NCBI GenBank assembly: GCA_035295165.1
Contig: DATGJN010000117.1
Location: 24,114 to 88,113, forward strand
Direction: 5' to 3'
DNA: 64,000 nt
Origin: a bacterium
GTDB lineage: Bacteria > Sysuimicrobiota > Sysuimicrobiia > Sysuimicrobiales > Segetimicrobiaceae
The translations under genes and the position numbers were made by a program. This document shows, piece by piece, positions 29,712-39,624 of this stretch (the first letter of the stretch is position 1; every line of letters begins with the position of its first letter). Below the pieces are notes generated by a model that saw nothing but the letters and a program-made list of their open reading frames with translations, searched no databases and was not told where the DNA came from.

Positions 29712-31202
29712 ATGTGTGCGAGCGGAAGGCTTCGATACCTGGCGGCCGCGATCGCCGTGGTGTTTGTGGTGTGTCTCAGCGGCAGCCCATCGCCCGCGAC
29801 GGGCGATCCGTCGGAGGCCGGCGGACGGGGCGACATCTCGGTGCTCGTGAGCGGGATCCCGCTCGGCGCGGAGGTGCCAGACGAGTTCCTCGGCTTGAGC
29901 TTCGAGACGACCGCCCTGGACGATGACGAGTTCGCCGCGGATCGCCCGGTACTGATTCGACTGTTCGCCAATCTCGGCACGGGCGTCGCCCGATTTGGCG
30001 GCAACACGCTCGACCAGTCGGCCTGGACACCCGCCGGCGTCTTTGAGGGCGCCACGTCGACCGTGACCCCGGCCGATCTGCAGCGCATGTTTGACTTCAC
30101 TCGGCAAACCGGCTGGAAGGTGTTGCTCGGCCTGGACCTCGGCCACTACGATCCCGAGGCCGCGGCCGACGAAGCGGCGACGGCCACGCTCCTCGGGGCC
30201 GGGTCGCTGGACGCCTTTGAGTTCGGCAACGAGCCCGACCTGTACGTCCGCACCTACGCCGGGGCCCTGCGTCCATCCTCGTACGGCGTGCCGGAGTACC
30301 TGCGTGAGTGGCAGGAGTACCTCCGGGCGGTGCGGCGCCGCGTGCCGAACGCGCGGGTGGTCGGCCCGAGCATCGCCGGCACGGCGGGCGGCGTCGAGAT
30401 CCTGCGGCAGCTCGCCGAGGCAGAACACAACGAGATCGAGTTCGCCACATCGCATCACTACCCGTTGGGGGCACCGATCACCGATCTCCATTCGCCCGCG
30501 TACGCGAGCATTTCCAATCTGGTCTCGCCCGCGCTCCGGGCGCGGGAGGTCGAGGAAATCGGGGGGTGGGTGCGGACCGTCACGGAGGTCGGCCAGTCGC
30601 TCCGTCTGACCGAGACCAACTCCGTATTCGGCGGGGGCAAGCACGGCGTCAGCGACACAGTCGCCGGCGCCCTGTGGACGGTGGACTACATGTTCCGCAT
30701 CGCCCAGCTCGGCGTGATCGGCATCAACCTGCACGCGACGCTCGACCGGTGCGGCGGCTATACACCGATCTGTGCGCCGACGCGCGCCGATGCACAGGCG
30801 GACCGGTTCCACGTCCAGCCCAACTATTACGCGCTGCTGCTGTTCCATGTGGCCGCGCAGGGCCGGTTCATCCCGACGAAAGTCGCCCCGAACGCGCGCG
30901 TGACCGCGTACGCCACCCGGGGCGCCGACGGCCTGACCCGGATCACCGTCGTCAACTTCGGCGTCCAGGTGGCGACGGTCCGGATCCGCGTCATCGACGC
31001 GGCCGCCGACAGTTCGGGGTCCCTCATCCGCCTGCTCGGTCCGTCGCTCGACGCCACGGAAGGCGTGACCCTCGGCGGCAGCGTCGTGGCCGCAGACGGG
31101 ACGTTGACCATGGACCCGCCGGAACCGGTGGCGTTCGCCGGTGGGGTGGCGCGACTCGACCTCCCCGGCGCAAGTGCCGCGGTGCTCACGCTGTCAAAGT
31201 AA
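29712..31202 (+). CDS. secreted glycoside hydrolase family 79-like (beta-glucuronidase/heparanase-like)
   Basis: Signal peptide MCASGRLRYLAAAIAVVFVVCLSG. Putative acid/base FGNEPD and nucleophile ETNS motifs at the expected spacing. Confidence 0.7.
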   Translation: MCASGRLRYLAAAIAVVFVVCLSGSPSPATGDPSEAGGRGDISVLVSGIPLGAEVPDEFLGLSFETTALDDDEFAADRPVLIRLFANLGTGVARFGGNTLDQSAWTPAGVFEGATSTVTPADLQRMFDFTRQTGWKVLLGLDLGHYDPEAAADEAATATLLGAGSLDAFEFGNEPDLYVRTYAGALRPSSYGVPEYLREWQEYLRAVRRRVPNARVVGPSIAGTAGGVEILRQLAEAEHNEIEFATSHHYPLGAPITDLHSPAYASISNLVSPALRAREVEEIGGWVRTVTEVGQSLRLTETNSVFGGGKHGVSDTVAGALWTVDYMFRIAQLGVIGINLHATLDRCGGYTPICAPTRADAQADRFHVQPNYYALLLFHVAAQGRFIPTKVAPNARVTAYATRGADGLTRITVVNFGVQVATVRIRVIDAAADSSGSLIRLLGPSLDATEGVTLGGSVVAADGTLTMDPPEPVAFAGGVARLDLPGASAAVLTLSK

Positions 31203-31247
31203 CCGGGCGCCCAGGAGACGCAAGCGAGCGGCCGAGCCGAGTGTCTC

Positions 31248-31568
31248 CTATTCGCCGGGAGCGCGATACACGACCACTTTCTTGGCGGCCTCATCCATCT
31301 CGTCCACGGTCAGGAGCGGGATGGTCCGCAGGGTGGCCCCGCCGGCACTGCTAACCGCCAAGGACACCGCCGCCATGCTCACGTTGTCGGGTGCATCCAC
31401 GATCACGTAGGCCTCCACGCCGCCGATCCCATAGTACAACGCCTCGACGGATCCACCGAGGCCTTGCATCATTTCGTGCACGGCCTTCCGGCGCGCGGTG
31501 GCTCCGCCCGACACGATCCCGGTGGCGCCTCGTGATGTGTATGCCGCTTCGATGAGGTACTTAGGCAT
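31248..31568 (-). CDS. GYD-domain protein
   Basis: 106 aa MPKYLIEAAYTSRGATGIVSGGATARRKAVHEMMQGLGG...YYGIGGVEAYVIVDAPD typical GYD. ATG at 31568 with GGGAGGTG upstream. Confidence 0.75.
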   Translation of the reverse strand: MPKYLIEAAYTSRGATGIVSGGATARRKAVHEMMQGLGGSVEALYYGIGGVEAYVIVDAPDNVSMAAVSLAVSSAGGATLRTIPLLTVDEMDEAAKKVVVYRAPGE

Positions 31569-31878
31569 CTCACACCTCCCGTGGATGCACTTTCTTGGGC
31601 CGAGCGCGTTCGGCTCGCGGGAAAACTTCCCGTCGACTGTCGCGGATCCTCCGTCGAACAGATCGATACGTCCGTGTCCCGTGTCCAGGGTGCGCTCGAC
31701 CCACCTGCGGTGCGGGCAGATTCGCACGGGCGGCAGCAGACCGCATCGATCCCCGGTGTTTGCGACCGACGGCCTGACGCTCTCCTCGCATCCCACCATG
31801 GGGTCGAACCGAGAACGCGGCGGCCAGGCTACGGTCTGAGGAGGGGTGCCGCAGCGCGCCGGCTACGCGATTTGACGG

Positions 31879-32400
31879 TTACGGGGCGAACACGGTGATT
31901 TCGGTGACGGTCCGGTACCCCTCGATGTTTGCGTCGTCCACGACCGTGAAGCGGATCCCGGATGCGTAGACGAGATCGTGGGCGGTCTTGCCAATCGGTT
32001 CGATGCTCGTGGGCGCACCCATGGCGGCTTTGACTTGGGGTTCCGTCATGCCGTCGTGCACCCCGTTCGGCGTGACACTCCGCGGATCATTGTGTGCGGT
32101 CACTCGGAGGATCTGGCCCGAGAAATCTGCGGCGACATACAGTCCGCCGGCTTGCGGCGCGGTCGCACTCGGATTCGCGTCGTACCATCGAAATACGACG
32201 ACCCCGCCCTGCCCGGACGGTTCGGTACTCTTGGGCATCCCCATCACCTTGATCGCGTCGGCGATGGCCATCCCGATGTGGAGCGGACCGATGCTCTGGC
32301 CGGGAAAGATGAGGAAGCCCGCCGGTGCAGATTGCTGCGCGACGCCGATTCCTACTTCGGCAAACAGCATTGCGGCGCATACGATCGCCACGAGCTTCAT
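31879..32400 (-). CDS. hypothetical secreted protein (signal peptide, no recognised domain)
   Basis: MKLVAIVCAAMLFAEVGIGVAQQ signal. ATG at 32400 with a G-rich RBS. Coding-like composition. Confidence 0.5.
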   Translation of the reverse strand: MKLVAIVCAAMLFAEVGIGVAQQSAPAGFLIFPGQSIGPLHIGMAIADAIKVMGMPKSTEPSGQGGVVVFRWYDANPSATAPQAGGLYVAADFSGQILRVTAHNDPRSVTPNGVHDGMTEPQVKAAMGAPTSIEPIGKTAHDLVYASGIRFTVVDDANIEGYRTVTEITVFAP

Positions 32401-33109
32401 CAACGGATCCCCTCTTCGAACTCGTGCCCATCTTTCGCACACCCGAGGACCGTACCCTTCCCGTAACGAGGGGTTCGGGGCCCGGCCGCACCGCGCGCTG
32501 TAAGCGCCGCTTCCCGCCGTGCGACCTGGCGCGAGAACGACCACACGTGCTTTCCCCGATTCCTCACGCGGCCCGATCCTCGCCGGCAGCACACCCGGCC
32601 CGGTGTGTGATCAGTTCGCCCGCTGCCGGTGGGATCCCGGCACGCGAACCGTCAGCAGCACTGTTCGGCTGACGTCGTGGACACCTGCACTTGTCTCAGT
32701 TGTCCACAGAACTAGGAACGGTATCGAGCGGTGACGCGGGATGTCGCGAGCGATCTCCAAGCGATCCCGCCGGTCGCGGCCCTGCGCCGGACCGCGCAGC
32801 CCTCCATGTGATCCACGTCACGATGGCGTGGTGAACGGGTTCATTGTTGTCGATACCGTCGCCCGCTACGATCGAACGCGCCAGGACGATTGGAGGGCGA
32901 CGACATGCGACATACGCTCGCGACAGCGGGAAGAGTCGGTCTACTCATGCTGGTGTGGCCGGTTTGGATGATCGGATGTGCACCGCTTGTCGCCACGCTG
33001 TGCCACGCCGTGTTCAGTGTCCCTCACGTGGTCGGCGCGGTGGCCGCGTTCACGGTTCCCGTGGTACCGGGAATGGGAGCCGCAGTGTATGTAGTGCACG
33101 CTACCAAGA

Positions 33110-33186
<77 letters not shown>

Positions 33187-33247
33187 GCCGCTCCCATAGT
33201 ATATGGAGGGGTCGACAGAGCGTCAACCGTCGTGCGAGGCGGCGCCG

Positions 33248-34882
33248 TTACCACCGTGCCCGGAGTGAAGGCGAGGGCCACGCGGGCCGCGGCGCCCAAT
33301 CGGGCACGTTGGGATCGCGGTAGCCGCCGAGATCGGCGATGCGCGTCCGCACGTGCGCCCACACGGCCGGTCCGATCTGGACGTACCCGTGCGCGGCCAG
33401 GTCCGCGCGCGTCGCATCGTCGATGACGTAGTACGGCTCCTGACCGTGGCCGTAGTCGTTCATCACAATGTAGTCGTAGTGCTCGCCGTCAATCTTCCAA
33501 CGCACGTCGCCGCCGGTGTAGTCGATCCACCGCGGGTCCCCGCCCGCGTAGAACATCGTCTGCGGAGTGTCCACGATCGTCCGCCCTTCGGGGAGTCGGG
33601 CCGCGATCCGGGCCGAGTAGAACGGCGCCGGGTCGATCGCCGGGGCGTGCGGCATCGTGGCGCGAGCGATCCGATCGCCCATCGGATCCCAGAGATCGTA
33701 CGCCAGCGTGAGCCCGAGCACGACGGCGAGCGGCACCCACGCCGACCGGGGGATCCAGGACCGCCCCGGTGACCGCACGAGCCGCGCGCGCCAGAGCACG
33801 AGCGCCGGCAGCACCACGAGGACGTAGAGGGCTGGCAGATCGTAGTACCGGTTGGCGAGGCTGTCCCACGGTGCGATTACGTACTGGAGCAGCCACGGCG
33901 CGCACCACACCCACAGCCATCCCAACCGGGAGCGCCATCGCACGGCGATGCCAATCCCGGCGAGTAGGCACAGAAACAGCGGGACGAACAGATGCGCCTC
34001 GACCGCGAGCGGAATCTCGGTGACCGCCTTGGCAACCCCGCCGATCGTCCAGTCCCGGTGGAAGAACTCACCGCCCGGGTCGTGTGCCAGCCAGTTTGCG
34101 GCCATCCACGCCACACTCGGCAGCGCGGTGAGCCCAACGAATGCCGCGGCGACGCCGAACGCCGCCGCCGGCCGCGCGGGACGCGCGGGCCACCAGAACA
34201 GCAGGTAGACCGGGACCAGCAGGGCGGCGGTGAACTTGAACCAGATGGCGACCAGCAGCCACAGCCCCGCGCCGACGAGATCTCCCGAGCGGCGCTCATC
34301 GCGGTACCGGAGCATCAGCACGGCACCGGCGAGACCGCAACAGATGCTGGGCGTATCCAACTGCGCGTTCTGCGCGAAGTAGACGGCGCCGGGCGCGACC
34401 GCCACGCACGCAGCGGCGATCAGCGCGACCTGTTCGCTCCGCATGACCCGGCGGACCAGGACCCCGACGAGGATGATCGCCACGACGCCGCTCACCACCA
34501 TCGGCAGCCGGGCCGCCCACTCGGTCGGCCCGAACAGCCTGAACGATGCCCAGATCATCCACGGCACGCCCGGCGAGAACGTCCGGTCCACCCCGAGTTC
34601 GTTGTGCTGGGACCACAAGCCGTACCGGTCGAAGTTGAGCGCGATCATGGCATAGTGCCCCTCGTTCCACGCCATGAGCCGGTTGAAGGGACGAGCGAGG
34701 TTGGCGACCCGAAGCAGCGCGCCGAGGAGCGCACAGCCGACCAGCCCCCACCGGTAGGCGCCGAGCGGGAGGTGCACGTCCTCCCACGGCGCGCGCGGGC
34801 CCCGGTCGGCGGCGTCCGGCCGACGTTCCGCGGGGTCGATTGCCGAAAGGGAAGCGCCGGCCGCAGAGACCGGGGGGTTCAC
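33248..34882 (-). CDS. integral-membrane glycosyltransferase of the GT39/GT83 (PMT/ArnT-like, PMT_2) family
   Basis: Multi-TM N-terminal region with the GT-C DE-like loop (WNEGHYAMIALNF) and a large C-terminal soluble domain. Confidence 0.7.
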   Translation of the reverse strand: MNPPVSAAGASLSAIDPAERRPDAADRGPRAPWEDVHLPLGAYRWGLVGCALLGALLRVANLARPFNRLMAWNEGHYAMIALNFDRYGLWSQHNELGVDRTFSPGVPWMIWASFRLFGPTEWAARLPMVVSGVVAIILVGVLVRRVMRSEQVALIAAACVAVAPGAVYFAQNAQLDTPSICCGLAGAVLMLRYRDERRSGDLVGAGLWLLVAIWFKFTAALLVPVYLLFWWPARPARPAAAFGVAAAFVGLTALPSVAWMAANWLAHDPGGEFFHRDWTIGGVAKAVTEIPLAVEAHLFVPLFLCLLAGIGIAVRWRSRLGWLWVWCAPWLLQYVIAPWDSLANRYYDLPALYVLVVLPALVLWRARLVRSPGRSWIPRSAWVPLAVVLGLTLAYDLWDPMGDRIARATMPHAPAIDPAPFYSARIAARLPEGRTIVDTPQTMFYAGGDPRWIDYTGGDVRWKIDGEHYDYIVMNDYGHGQEPYYVIDDATRADLAAHGYVQIGPAVWAHVRTRIADLGGYRDPNVPDWAPRPAWPSPSLRARW

Positions 34883-36207
34883 GCGTCGAGCCAGACCCGC
34901 ACGAAGCGGCGACGCCCCACCTGAATCCGGCGGCCGCTTGCGGGACCGACGGCCGTCCGCGCGGCGTCGTCCGGGAGGTGCACAAACACCACGTTGCCCC
35001 TGGCTTCGACGGCGCCCGGATTGCCAGGGCCGAGGTGGGCGGAGATCGGCAGGTCGTCGATCCTCACGCCGTCCTGATCTCGCAGGCGCCGCGCCTCGCT
35101 GTTCGACTTGGGAAAATCGGGGACGCGGGCGCCGAGTTCCACGAGCAGGTGTTCCAGGCGCACCGCGTCGGTGCCGACCAGCTTCCCGGTCTTCTGCAGC
35201 TGCGCCCGGCTCAGCGTCACCTCCGGGATCTCCTCCGGAAGCTCGCGCCCCCGGAACACGCGCGCGAACTCCTCCTCGGCCGCCTGGGCGGCGGCTTCTC
35301 CGTGATACCGGGCCGTGATCGCCCGGGCGAGCCGTTGTTTCGCGTCGCGCGGATGCAGCGTGTTGTTCCGCAGCGCGGCCTCGATCACGCGGATCTCCTC
35401 GAGCGGCACCAGCGTGCAGTACTCGAAGTAGGGAATCATCAGGTGGTCCGCGAGCGACATGACCTTGCCGTACATCGCGTTGGCCGGCTCGGTGATCCCG
35501 ATCGCGTTGCCGAGGCTCTTGCTCATCTTCTGCACGCCGTCGAGCCCGGGCAGCAACGGCGTCAACACGACGACTTGAGGCGCCTGCCCCACCTCACGCT
35601 GCAGCTCGCGACCCATCAGGTTGTTGAATTTCTGATCCGTCCCGCCGAGCTCCACATCGGCCTGGATCGCGACGGAGTCGTACGCCTGGCAGAGCGGGTA
35701 CAGGAGTTCGTGCAGGTGGATCGGCAGGTGTTCCCGGAAGCGCTTCTCGAAATCGTCGCGCTCGAGCAATCGGTGCACGGTGGCACGGCTGGCCAGCTTG
35801 ATGACATCGTAGAACGTCATCGGCCGAAGCCATTCGCTGTTGAACACGACCCGCGTCCGGGCCGGGTCGAGGATCAGGCTGTACTGGTCGCGATACGTCT
35901 TGGCGTTCTGCTGGATCTCCTCCGGAGACAGCGCCGGACGGGTCTCGGACTTGCCGGACGGGTCGCCGATCAGCCCGGTGAAGTCGCCGATGACGAGGAT
36001 CGCCTCGTGCCCGAGATCCTGGAACTGCCGAAGCTTCTGCAGCACAATCGCGTTGCCGATGTGGATGTCGGGCGCCGTGGGATCCAGCCCCAGTTTGACG
36101 CGCAGGGGCCGGCGCTCTTCGAGCTTCTCAAGCAACGCGTCCTCGCTGATGATCTCGACGGCGCCCCGGCGGAGGCGCGCGAGTTGCTCGTGCGGGGGGG
36201 TCGTCAC
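34879..36207 (-). CDS. tyrS: tyrosine--tRNA ligase (with C-terminal S4-like domain)
   Basis: HIGN and KMSKS motifs (PDIHIGNAIVL, KMSKSLGNAIGI). Confidence 0.95.
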   Translation of the reverse strand: MTTPPHEQLARLRRGAVEIISEDALLEKLEERRPLRVKLGLDPTAPDIHIGNAIVLQKLRQFQDLGHEAILVIGDFTGLIGDPSGKSETRPALSPEEIQQNAKTYRDQYSLILDPARTRVVFNSEWLRPMTFYDVIKLASRATVHRLLERDDFEKRFREHLPIHLHELLYPLCQAYDSVAIQADVELGGTDQKFNNLMGRELQREVGQAPQVVVLTPLLPGLDGVQKMSKSLGNAIGITEPANAMYGKVMSLADHLMIPYFEYCTLVPLEEIRVIEAALRNNTLHPRDAKQRLARAITARYHGEAAAQAAEEEFARVFRGRELPEEIPEVTLSRAQLQKTGKLVGTDAVRLEHLLVELGARVPDFPKSNSEARRLRDQDGVRIDDLPISAHLGPGNPGAVEARGNVVFVHLPDDAARTAVGPASGRRIQVGRRRFVRVWLDA

Positions 36208-36268
36208 GGCGGTGATTATACCATTGGCCCGAGCGAGGGGCTACCCGGGCCGATCGGATGCGGACGAC

Positions 36269-37237
36269 TCACCGCGGCACGCCCCCCGTCGCGCGGGGGC
36301 GTACCTCGGGGGCACAGTCGGTGTGCCAAGGCGCCTCGACGGCCTCCGTCTCGAGCTGGATCGTGGTATGACTGAGCCCAAACCGCTCGTGCAGCGTCGT
36401 GCACAACGCCATGAGGATGTGGTGTCCCTCGGCCGGGTTGGCGATGCGCACGTGCGCGCTTACGGCGGGAACGCCAGCGGTAAGCGACCAGACGTGGAGG
36501 TCGTGGATCTCGAGCACGCCGGGGACCGCGCGCATGGCGGCTTCGACCGCCGGCATCGAGATCCCGCGCGGCGTCGCCTCCATGAGGATCGCCACGGCGT
36601 CCCGCACCGGCGCCCAGGATCCCACAAGCAGCAGGCCGGCGATCCCGAAGCTCACCCACGCATCCGCAGCGGTCCAGCCGGTCGTGAGGATCACGAGGCT
36701 CGCGGCGATCGTCCCGACGGCCGCGGCGGCGTCCCCGAGAACGTGCACGAGCGCCGCCCGGACGTTCAAGTTCTCGCCCCCAGACCGGGCGAGGAGCGCG
36801 GTGCTGGCGAGGTTCCCGGCCAGCCCGACCACCGCGACGACCAGCATCGCCGGCGCGACCACAGGGTGCGGCGCCCCGAGACGGCGGACCGCCTCGTAGA
36901 TGATCGCCGCGGCGATCACCCACAGCGCCACACCGTTCGTGACCGCGGCGAGGATCTCGGCCCGTCGATAGCCGTACGACATCTGCGACGTCGCCGGGCG
37001 CGATGCCACCCAACTTCCCACGACCCCGAGCCCAAGGGCGCCGACGTCCACGAGCAGATGTCCCGCGTCCGCCAGCAACGCGAGGCTACCCGTGACCCAG
37101 CCCCCCACCGCCTCGACCAGCAACAACGACAGCGTGACCCCGAGGGCGAGCCCGAGCGCCCGCGCCGAGCGCGCCGTCTCGCCGCCGCGCTCGGGTTCGT
37201 GACCGTGCCGGTGTCCCGGCGCGCCGTGTCCGATCAT
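36269..37237 (-). CDS. cation diffusion facilitator (CzcD/ZitB-type) metal efflux transporter
   Basis: His-rich N-terminus, six TM segments, HxxxD motifs, a C-terminal CTD (HDLHVWSLTAG). Confidence 0.85.
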   Translation of the reverse strand: MIGHGAPGHRHGHEPERGGETARSARALGLALGVTLSLLLVEAVGGWVTGSLALLADAGHLLVDVGALGLGVVGSWVASRPATSQMSYGYRRAEILAAVTNGVALWVIAAAIIYEAVRRLGAPHPVVAPAMLVVAVVGLAGNLASTALLARSGGENLNVRAALVHVLGDAAAAVGTIAASLVILTTGWTAADAWVSFGIAGLLLVGSWAPVRDAVAILMEATPRGISMPAVEAAMRAVPGVLEIHDLHVWSLTAGVPAVSAHVRIANPAEGHHILMALCTTLHERFGLSHTTIQLETEAVEAPWHTDCAPEVRPRATGGVPR

Positions 37238-39624
37238 TGTTCCGCGAACTCCACGATCGTCGCCCCCGTCCCACCCTCGCCATCCGCGCCGACCCGAAAC
37301 GACACGACCTCCGGATGGTGGGCGAGGTACTCGTGGACCGCGCGCCGCAGCGTCCCGGTGCCCTTCCCGTGGATGATCGTCGCCCGCGGCAGCCCGGCGA
37401 GCACCGCGTCGTCGAGGTACTTGTCCAGCTCCGCCAACGCCTCCTCCGTCCGCTTGCCGCGCAGGTGAATCGACGCCGGGACGGAGAGCGCCTTCGCGAG
37501 GGGACCCTGCCCGGGGCCCTCACGAGCCGCGTCCGCAGCGTTCGGCGCTTCCCGCTCGGCGCGGCCGTCGTCCACACGGCGCAGCTCGTCGGAGGACACG
37601 CGCACTTTGAGCGCGCCGACCTGAACCTCCACCTCCCCGCGCGCATCGGGAAGCACCTGCACGACCCCCCGCTGCCCAAGCGACGTCACCAGCACGGTAT
37701 CTCCCACCCGGAGATCTTGCGGGGGCGCGCCGGACACGGGGACCCGGGTCTCGACCGCGTAGCGCTCCGAGAGCTGCCGCAGCTCCCGCAGATGGGCACG
37801 CACCTGCGCCGTCGCTTCCGGCGTCGGCTTCGAGCGCAACGCGGCGAGGAGTACCTGAAGCTCCCCTTCCGCGCGCCGCTGCAGCCCCGCGAGTTCGGCC
37901 TGGAAGCGCTCGAGCACGCGCCGGCGGTCGGCGGCGAGGCGTTGTGCCTCCTCGCGCGCCCGCGCCTCGGCGCGCGCGAGGTCGGCCCGTTCCCGCACAA
38001 GCGTTTCGCGCTCGCGGAAGAGCGCGTCTCGCTCCTCTTCGACACGTTGGATCACGCGGGTCAGATCGGTCGCGTGCGGCGACAGGTACCCTTTAGCCCG
38101 CTCGATGATCTCCGAGGCGAGCCCCAAGCGGTTGGCGATCGCGAGCGCGTTGCTGCGCCCCGGCGTCCCGATCAGCAGCCGGTACGTCGGCCGGAGCGTC
38201 GCGTCGTCGAACTCCACCGAGGCGTTCTCGACCCCGGGATGGGTGAACGCGAGCGACTTGAGCTCGTTGTAGTGGGTGGTCACAGCGGTGCACGCCCCGA
38301 CCGCGTGCAGCGTCTCGATCAGCGCACGCGCAAGCGCAGCCCCCTCCGCCGGATCGGTGCCGGCGCCCACCTCGTCCAGCAGCACAAGCGCCCGCGCGGG
38401 GCCAGGCGGCGTGCCGCGCAACGCCTCGAGGATCTCCACGATCGCCGTGAGGTGCGACGAAAACGTCGAGAGATTCTGCTCCACGCTCTGCTCATCACCG
38501 ATGTCCGCGTACACGTGGGGGAACACCGCGACATCGCTCTCGGGGGCGGCAGGCACATGCAGCCCGGCTTCGGCCATCAGCGTCAGCAGTCCGAGCGTTC
38601 GAAGCGTGACCGTCTTGCCGCCGGTATTGGGACCGGTGATGACCAACGTGCGGAACGCGTCGCCGAGCCGAATGTCGATCGGGACCACGGTCCCGGTCAA
38701 CAACGGGTGACGGGCCTCGCGCAGATCCACGCACCCGGCCGCGTTGAGCCGCGGCGCCGCCGCCCCCATCTCCGCGCCAACGTGCGCTTTGGCCGCCGCG
38801 ACATCCAGCTCCCCGAGCGCCATGAGCGTCTCCACGATCCGGTCGCCCGCCGCACCAACCGCGGCGCTCAGCGCGGCGAGGATCCGCGCCACCTCTTCCC
38901 GTTCCTCCGCCGCCAGCTCACGGAGCCGGTTGCCGAGGGGAACCGCGGCCAACGGCTCCATGAACACGGTCATGCCGCTCGCGGATTGGTCGTGCGCCAC
39001 CCCGGGAAACTGCTCGCGAAACTCGGCCCGCACCGGCACCACGAACCGGTCGTCGCGAATGGTGATCAGGGGATCCTGCAGCATCCGGGCCATCGCGGGC
39101 GTCCGCAGGACCTGCTCCATCCGTTCGCGGAGGCGCGCCTCGCTGGCGCGCCGCTCCCGCCGAATGCGGGCCAGGTCGGGGCTCGCGCCGTCCACGACGA
39201 TCCCCTCGTCGTTGAGGGCACCCGCGATCTCCCCTTCCAGCTCGGAAAACACCTCGATACCGTCGGCGATCTCGGCGAGGACCGGCACGTCGGCCTCCCG
39301 CGACGCGAGAAACCCCTTGAGCGTGCGCGCGACGCCAAGGGTGTCTCGAATGTCGAGCAGTTCCCGCGGCGTGAGCACGCCGCCGATCTGCGCGCGGTGC
39401 GTCGACGCCCGGATGTCGCGGGCGCCCCGCACCGGCAGGCCGCCCGCCTGCTCGAGCAGCGCGCGCGCCTCGGACGTCTCCTGCTGGCGCCGCTCCACCT
39501 CCTCGACCCACGGCGACGGCGTGAGCGCGAGCGCCCGTTCCCGCCCGACGGTGGAGACGCACCGACCGGCCAAGCGTTCCAGCACGGCGGGGAACCCGAG
39601 CACGCGGAGGGCGCGGGGCGTCAC
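37234..39624 (-). CDS. mutS2: endonuclease MutS2 (MutS domains III/IV + ATPase + C-terminal Smr)
   Basis: Walker A GPNTGGKTV, DEVGAGTDP, and a C-terminal Smr (LDKYLDDAVLAGLPRATIIHGKGTGTLRRAV). GTG start at 39624 overlaps the upstream stop (GTGA). Confidence 0.9.
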   Translation of the reverse strand: MTPRALRVLGFPAVLERLAGRCVSTVGRERALALTPSPWVEEVERRQQETSEARALLEQAGGLPVRGARDIRASTHRAQIGGVLTPRELLDIRDTLGVARTLKGFLASREADVPVLAEIADGIEVFSELEGEIAGALNDEGIVVDGASPDLARIRRERRASEARLRERMEQVLRTPAMARMLQDPLITIRDDRFVVPVRAEFREQFPGVAHDQSASGMTVFMEPLAAVPLGNRLRELAAEEREEVARILAALSAAVGAAGDRIVETLMALGELDVAAAKAHVGAEMGAAAPRLNAAGCVDLREARHPLLTGTVVPIDIRLGDAFRTLVITGPNTGGKTVTLRTLGLLTLMAEAGLHVPAAPESDVAVFPHVYADIGDEQSVEQNLSTFSSHLTAIVEILEALRGTPPGPARALVLLDEVGAGTDPAEGAALARALIETLHAVGACTAVTTHYNELKSLAFTHPGVENASVEFDDATLRPTYRLLIGTPGRSNALAIANRLGLASEIIERAKGYLSPHATDLTRVIQRVEEERDALFRERETLVRERADLARAEARAREEAQRLAADRRRVLERFQAELAGLQRRAEGELQVLLAALRSKPTPEATAQVRAHLRELRQLSERYAVETRVPVSGAPPQDLRVGDTVLVTSLGQRGVVQVLPDARGEVEVQVGALKVRVSSDELRRVDDGRAEREAPNAADAAREGPGQGPLAKALSVPASIHLRGKRTEEALAELDKYLDDAVLAGLPRATIIHGKGTGTLRRAVHEYLAHHPEVVSFRVGADGEGGTGATIVEFAEQ

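Noticed and set aside
31203-31247. Hairpin GGAGAC...GTCTCC between the convergent GH79 and GYD genes, considered as a bidirectional terminator.
   Set aside because: The stem is only 6 bp, with a loop over 20 nt and no U-tract. Weak; at most a minor structure.
31780-31812. tRNA-like fragment GGTTCGACCCCATGGTGGGATG, considered as a possible att-site duplicate of the tRNA-Ile 3' end.
   Set aside because: Only the GGTTCGA heptamer is shared with the tRNA T-arm. There is no acceptor-stem match or CCA and no flanking repeat structure.
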